From an uncultured delta proteobacterium (GTDB lineage Bacteria; Desulfobacterota; WTBG01), in assembly GCA_963793865.1 (NCBI GenBank), contig CAWCBP010000012.1:104986-168985 (forward strand): a DNA stretch of 64,000 nucleotides, written 5' to 3'. The notes under the pieces were generated by a model. It was not told the origin of the DNA, did no database searches, and worked only from the letters and a program-made list of their open reading frames with translations. This document shows positions 58,992 through 64,000 of this stretch, in pieces (the stretch's first letter is position 1; the number at the start of each line of letters is the position of its first letter). The translations under genes and the position numbers were made by a program.

Positions 58992-59180
58992 AACCACGAA
59001 GATCACGAAGAAAAAGCCAAAAAACGAGTTCACGAAGAAAGAAAGACTCTGAACTTTTCAATTTTCAGTCGTGCGTGCACGACTGAGAAGTCTTGCAGTA
59101 GGACGCGGCAGGGCGCGTCCTACTTCGACCCTGTTTGCTTCGTGTTCTTCGTGCACGTACCCTTCGTGCTCTTCGTGGTT
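58992..59180 (-). repeat. CACGAAG-armed element copy 7 (isomer I), extra arm at 58890..58933
   Basis: Core nearly identical to 58185..58369. Confidence 0.88.
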
Positions 59181-59234
59181 CAAAGAGACAGTTTACTGTC
59201 AACTGTTTGACCCTGACCCCTGAACCCTGCACCC

Positions 59235-61371
59235 TCATTCATTCTCTTTGAGAATGAATATCGGCTTGCCGGGGCGGCCGGGGGCTGTGCCCTCGATGAC
59301 TGCTCCTTTTCTTGCGGCAACCTCCCGGTCGAAGGCCTCTTTTGAGAGAAGCAACATCTGCCTTGCCTGCCGACTGGGTTGCGGCCAATGATTCAGGCTC
59401 GGGAACCTCGGGTTCCGCGCATCCGTAGACTTCGATTTCTGAAATATAGGTCAGATAATAAAAGACCAGGAATTTTTGAGGCCTGGTGGCGATAAACTTG
59501 ACATAGCCAGCCTCGGTACCGTCAAAAGTCCAGCTGCCGGAGCGGGACGAGGGCAGGGTATAGTCCTGCTCCGTTACAACATCCGTCCAGTTCTGCATAT
59601 CGGCGCTCGCCTGCAGCTTGAAATCGCGGGGGAAAGAGGTCACGGCCGATAAAGCGGTTGGACTTTATGTCTATTTGGTTAATAACCTTTACCCCGCCCA
59701 GGTCCAGGATTATATATTCCTCCTGCATCACCCGCCGCATGCGCGAAAGCCAGCCGGTGACATCCTTCCCGTCAACCGCCTTTTCATGCGACCACATCTT
59801 CAGATAGTTTCCTGAACAATCTCGTGGAGGCCGGTTCCAATTTAACCGGTGCCGGGCAGGAGAGACTTAAACTCGATAGTATCGCTCACCGGCTCCGTCA
59901 TCCAGTTGCCTATAGCATCACAGAACTTGGCATATACCGTTTTAACCCCTCTCCCGGCAGTGAGAACCCAGGCTGTTGTCTGGTTGAATGGCTTGGGGCC
60001 GTACCACTTCTCATTATCATTGCTCAGCATCATCTGCGCGCCCTCGCCCATGCCGCTCATGAGGTCCTGTGCGGAGAAAGCAAGTGTTACCTGCCGGGAG
60101 TTGGTGGTTTCATTCCCTTCATTAATCAGTTATGGTCGCGGAAGGAGGAGTTGTGTCCACCGGCACGGAGGTTGTGGTCCGGGGTATGGTAGTGGTTCCG
60201 CTTGCCGCGGTAAAGGTGCTAATGGCTATTTTATCCACATAAAGGTTGCGGTCTATTCCTGCAGATGCGTCATGAATAATCATTACAAAAGCCTATGGCG
60301 ATTTCGTGTGTGCCTTGTGAGACTTCTACATTGAATACGTAGGTTTGCGGTGTAGTGGAATTAACAAAAACACTGCCCCTGGTTTCACCGTCAATTATCA
60401 GTTCCATCTCCGCGCCAATATTATATGCCAGGGTAGCTTTGGCAATAATTTCAAAGCGATGGGTTCCGCTGCCGGGAAAGTAGACTTCCTCTTTCATGGT
60501 GCCATTTGACCAGAGGCTCCAATAATCACCTGTCCTGTGCACCCATTGGCATGATAGCTCATATCTTCAGCTTCGATAATAATCAGTGGAGACACTTCCT
60601 CCTGCGGCAAAGGTAATGACAATTTTATCAACATAAAGATTACGATCTATCCCTGCAGATGTTCACATAATCATTATAAAAGCCTATGGCGATTTCATGT
60701 GTGCCCTGTGATACTTCTACATTGAATGTGTAGGTTTGCGGTGTGGTGGAATTGACAAAAACGCTGCCCCTGGTTTCACCATCAATAATCAGTTTCATTT
60801 CTGCGCCAATGTTATATGCCAGGGTGGATTTAGCAATTATTTCAAAGCGATGGGTTCCGCCGGCGGGAAAGTTGACTTCCTCTTTCATGGTGCCGTTCGA
60901 CCAGAGGTTCCAATAGTCACCTGCCTGAGCACCATTGGCATGATAGCTCATATCTTCAGCTTCAATAACACTTGCTGAACCGAAAGGGGTCGTTGTGGTG
61001 GTTGCGGATGAACCTGTCGTTGTAGTGGTGGTGGTTGCTGACGGATCTATCCTTACCGGGAGTTCCTGAGAGTACCCGCTCTCATTGAGTGATAAATCAG
61101 TGGCAGTCAGAGCAAAATAGTAGGTCCGCCCGACGGATAACCTGCTTTGGTCCAGTGTGCAGGTGTTATATTGCTTGTTAATGGTTATGAAGTTACTGTA
61201 GTTTCGGGATGAGGTCCCGTAGTAGAGGCCGTAATGGGAAAGGTCGGATTCTGTATTCCTGTTCCAGGACAGCCTGAGGGGAAGCGTGGCGGCAAGAGAA
61301 ATCTGGCTGAAAATGATAAGGCCGAGTGTTACAATAAATATTATGAAAGCATTTCTCTTCAACAAAGGCAT
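59235..61371 (-). CDS. Exported multidomain protein: FN3, two carbohydrate-binding-like modules, Pro-rich linker, discoidin (F5/8-like) domain; several frameshifts
   Basis: Fragments 60640..61404, 60270..60542, 59842..60060, 59522..59797 and 59239..59643 form one colinear architecture; alternate-frame tail PGRPGKPIFILKENE*. Confidence 0.72.
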
Positions 61372-61692
61372 GGTATAATCATGACGGAGGTTTAAGAGAG
61401 GCAAATCTCCCAGCGTAAATGTGAAAGTGTTTTTATCCTATCACGTTCATACGGGCTATGCAATTAAAAATTTCCCGTCATGGCCTAAATTGCCTTATAT
61501 TTTGTGATGTTAGATTGGTCGACCGCAGCATTTTGTATAGATGAAAGAAAGTGTTTGAATCATAATATATTATATGTTAAGAAAGAAACTTGAAACCCGA
61601 CTGTGAACGTGCGCTGATTCAGAAATAAATCGGGTAATAACCTAACAAGGATAACTGGAAATTTCCTTCGGCCATCATGCGATTCAGGGGCC

Positions 61693-61721
61693 GTCATCCT
61701 GCGACTTGATCGCAGGATCCA
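61693..61721. repeat. Palindromic repeat identical to 1824..1852
   Basis: GTCATCCTGCGACTTGATCGCAGGATCCA. Confidence 0.85.
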
Positions 61722-61767
61722 ATAAATCGGATTTTCTACAGTAATCAACCATAACGGGAGCAGTGTT

Positions 61768-63841
61768 ATGAAAAAACTAACGACCATTTTTTTCTGTGTA
61801 TTGTTTGTAATCTCAATGGCAGGTTCAGTCTTTGCCATTGAATATTGCCTGGATTTTCTGGAAGCAGGAAACCCCGGCGGTATGACAACCGGCCTAAAAA
61901 CATTGCGATAGAGTCAATCCGGAGAGGGTTGATCCGGGAGATACATTTGCTGTAGACATCTGGGCATGTGACTTGCCGGAGTCAATTTTATCCAGTGGTT
62001 TCCTGATGGAGTACGATCCCAGCCAAGTAAGTATAATAAATGTTCAAGCCTATGATGGAGTAGATATAGCTGGACCCTGGGATGGTGACGCTACCTTTAA
62101 GGTGCCCGATGTTTCCGGGCCGGGATCATATGCTTGTAACACTTTTACAGTTAGAGCTGTGCTGTGCCGGATTCAGGCGGGGATGTCATCCTGGCGAAGG
62201 TAACCTTCCAGTGTCTGGCATCGACATGACTGCCATTACTGTTCAACCTATACCCATAGCAGACTTTAAAACAACAGTAGGGTGTAACAGTGGTTTTAAT
62301 TATGATCCGCAAATGGGTACCAGTATCCTCACCATTGCCCAGGTTGAAACTGATTGTTTGGATGGATTTGACAACGACCTGGACGGGTTAGCAGACTGTG
62401 CTGATTCTGACTGTACACTTGGTGCTGTTTGCTGTGGCACGGTGGTGATTGAAGCGGAGGAGATGGACTATCATGCCAATGGAGCAGTGGGTGGTGATTA
62501 CTGGCTGCTCTGGTGCGAACGGGATGATGAGCGAAGAGGGGGTGTATTTTCCTGCCGCTGGTGTGTACCGTTTTGAAGTTATCGCTAAGGGGGACCTGGC
62601 AGACAATACTGGACCGGAGATGGGATTGCTTATTGATGGTGTGTTAGCTGATGGTACTGTTTTTGTGGATACGACAACTCCTGAGACCTTTGTTTTTGAA
62701 GCTGAGATTTCGGAAGGAGCGCACACAGTTGCGATAAGGTTCTATAATGATGTCTGGATCCCTGGTGTAATGGATCGAAATCTTTATGTCGATAGAATTG
62801 CTATTACCTCATCGTCATGCAAAGAGGATTGTGCTGATCTGGTTGACAATGATCTGGACGGGTTCACAGACTGTGCTGATTCTGACTGTACACTTGGTGC
62901 TGTTTGCTGTGGCACGGTGGTGATTGAAGCGGAGGAGATGGACTATCATGCCAATGGAGCAGTGAGGGGTGATTACTGGCTGCTCTGGGCGAACGGGATG
63001 ATGAGCGAAGAGGGGTGTATTTTGCTGCCACTGGTGTGTACCGTTTTGAAGTTATCGCGAAGGGGGACCTGGCAAATAATATTGGACCGGAGATGGGATT
63101 GCTCATTGATGGGGTATTAGCTGATGGTGCCGTTTTTGTGGATACGACAACCCCTGAGACCTTTGTTTTTGATGCTGAGATTTCGGAAGGAGTCCATACA
63201 GTTGCCATAAGGTTCTATAATGACGTATGGATCCTTGGCATCAGTGGATCGTAATCTTTATGTCGATAGTAATTACTATTACACCTCGTTATTGTCATGC
63301 AAAGAGGTATCTGTGCTGATCGAGTTGACAATGATCGGGACGGGTTAGCAGACTGTGATGATCCGGACTGTACACTTGGTGCTGTTTGCTGTGGTACGGT
63401 GGTAATTGAAGCGGAGGAGATGGACTACCATGCCAATGGCGCAGTGGGGTGATTACTGGGCCTCTGGGTGAACGGGATAATGAGCGAAGAGGGGGTTGAT
63501 TTTCCTGCCGCCGGTGCGTACCGTTTTGAAGTTATCGCGAAGGGGGACCTGGCATACAATATTGGACGGAGATGGGATTGCTTATTGATGGGGTGTTAGT
63601 TGATGGTGCCGTTTTTGTGGATACGACTACACCTGAGACCTTTTTTTTGATGTTGAGATTTCGGAAGGAGTCCCATACAGTTGCGATAAGGTTTTATAAT
63701 GACGTATGGATCTTTGGCGTAATGGATCGTAATCTTTATGTCGATAAAATCACCTTACATTATTATCCTGTGACACTATCTAAATTGTCTGCTTTTCTGT
63801 CTGAGTTCATGGGATATTTTCAACGAACAATAATCTGGTGA
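61768..63841 (+). CDS. Exported protein with three tandem units of a Cys/Asp motif plus carbohydrate-binding-like module; many frameshifts, end uncertain
   Basis: Signal peptide MKKLTTIFFC..VFA; ~478-bp DNA repeats from ~62352, ~62827 and ~63308 encoding DC.D..DND.DG..DCADSDC and IEAEEM.YHANG..DRNLYVD. Confidence 0.7.
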
Positions 63842-64000
63842 AGATAACAATAGAATCTTGGCTTTTTAGCCATTCCAGATAAGTTTGCAGTGACTAAAGG
63901 AAAATGTTGCCAAGCACATTTTTTCCTGTACTTGTTGCATCGTCCCGTCTTAATAATCTTACCTTCGTGAACTCCCAACCTATTTCAGAGATTTACTCTC

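Noticed and set aside
58079..59180. Clustered repeats as a CRISPR array
   Set aside because: No constant-length direct repeats with unique spacers and no cas genes; units are inverted-arm elements

Overview
A 64-kb bacterial chromosomal window. Gene content and style suggest an anaerobic deltaproteobacterium (Desulfobacterota-like); this is inference only. No rRNA, tRNA or CRISPR array was recognised. Protein-coding content: etfB-etfA-acyl-CoA dehydrogenase; a sigma54-preceded minus-strand cluster (B12 radical SAM, ResB, CcsB, two unknown envelope proteins, DsbA-like protein, small Cys-rich exported protein, papain-like protease); two paralogous SVSGG-repeat surface proteins; lipid/CoA enzymes; two ECF sigma/anti-sigma pairs; a bilin-reductase-like protein; a NuoE/F/G-like module with a degenerate PorB and a PorD; hrcA-grpE-dnaJ without dnaK; tatB-tatC; a diguanylate cyclase; and two divergent carbohydrate-binding-module surface proteins. 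Intergenic DNA is dense with repeats: two RAYT-type HUH transposases bracketed by inverted repeats, two MITEs and several orphan ends of those elements, at least four REP-like palindrome families, and seven copies of a ~180-230 bp CACGAAG-armed element whose two-hairpin core covaries and occurs in both orientations relative to its arms. Many genes carry single-base frameshifts, most likely assembly errors. Coordinates were read by eye and may be off by a few bases.
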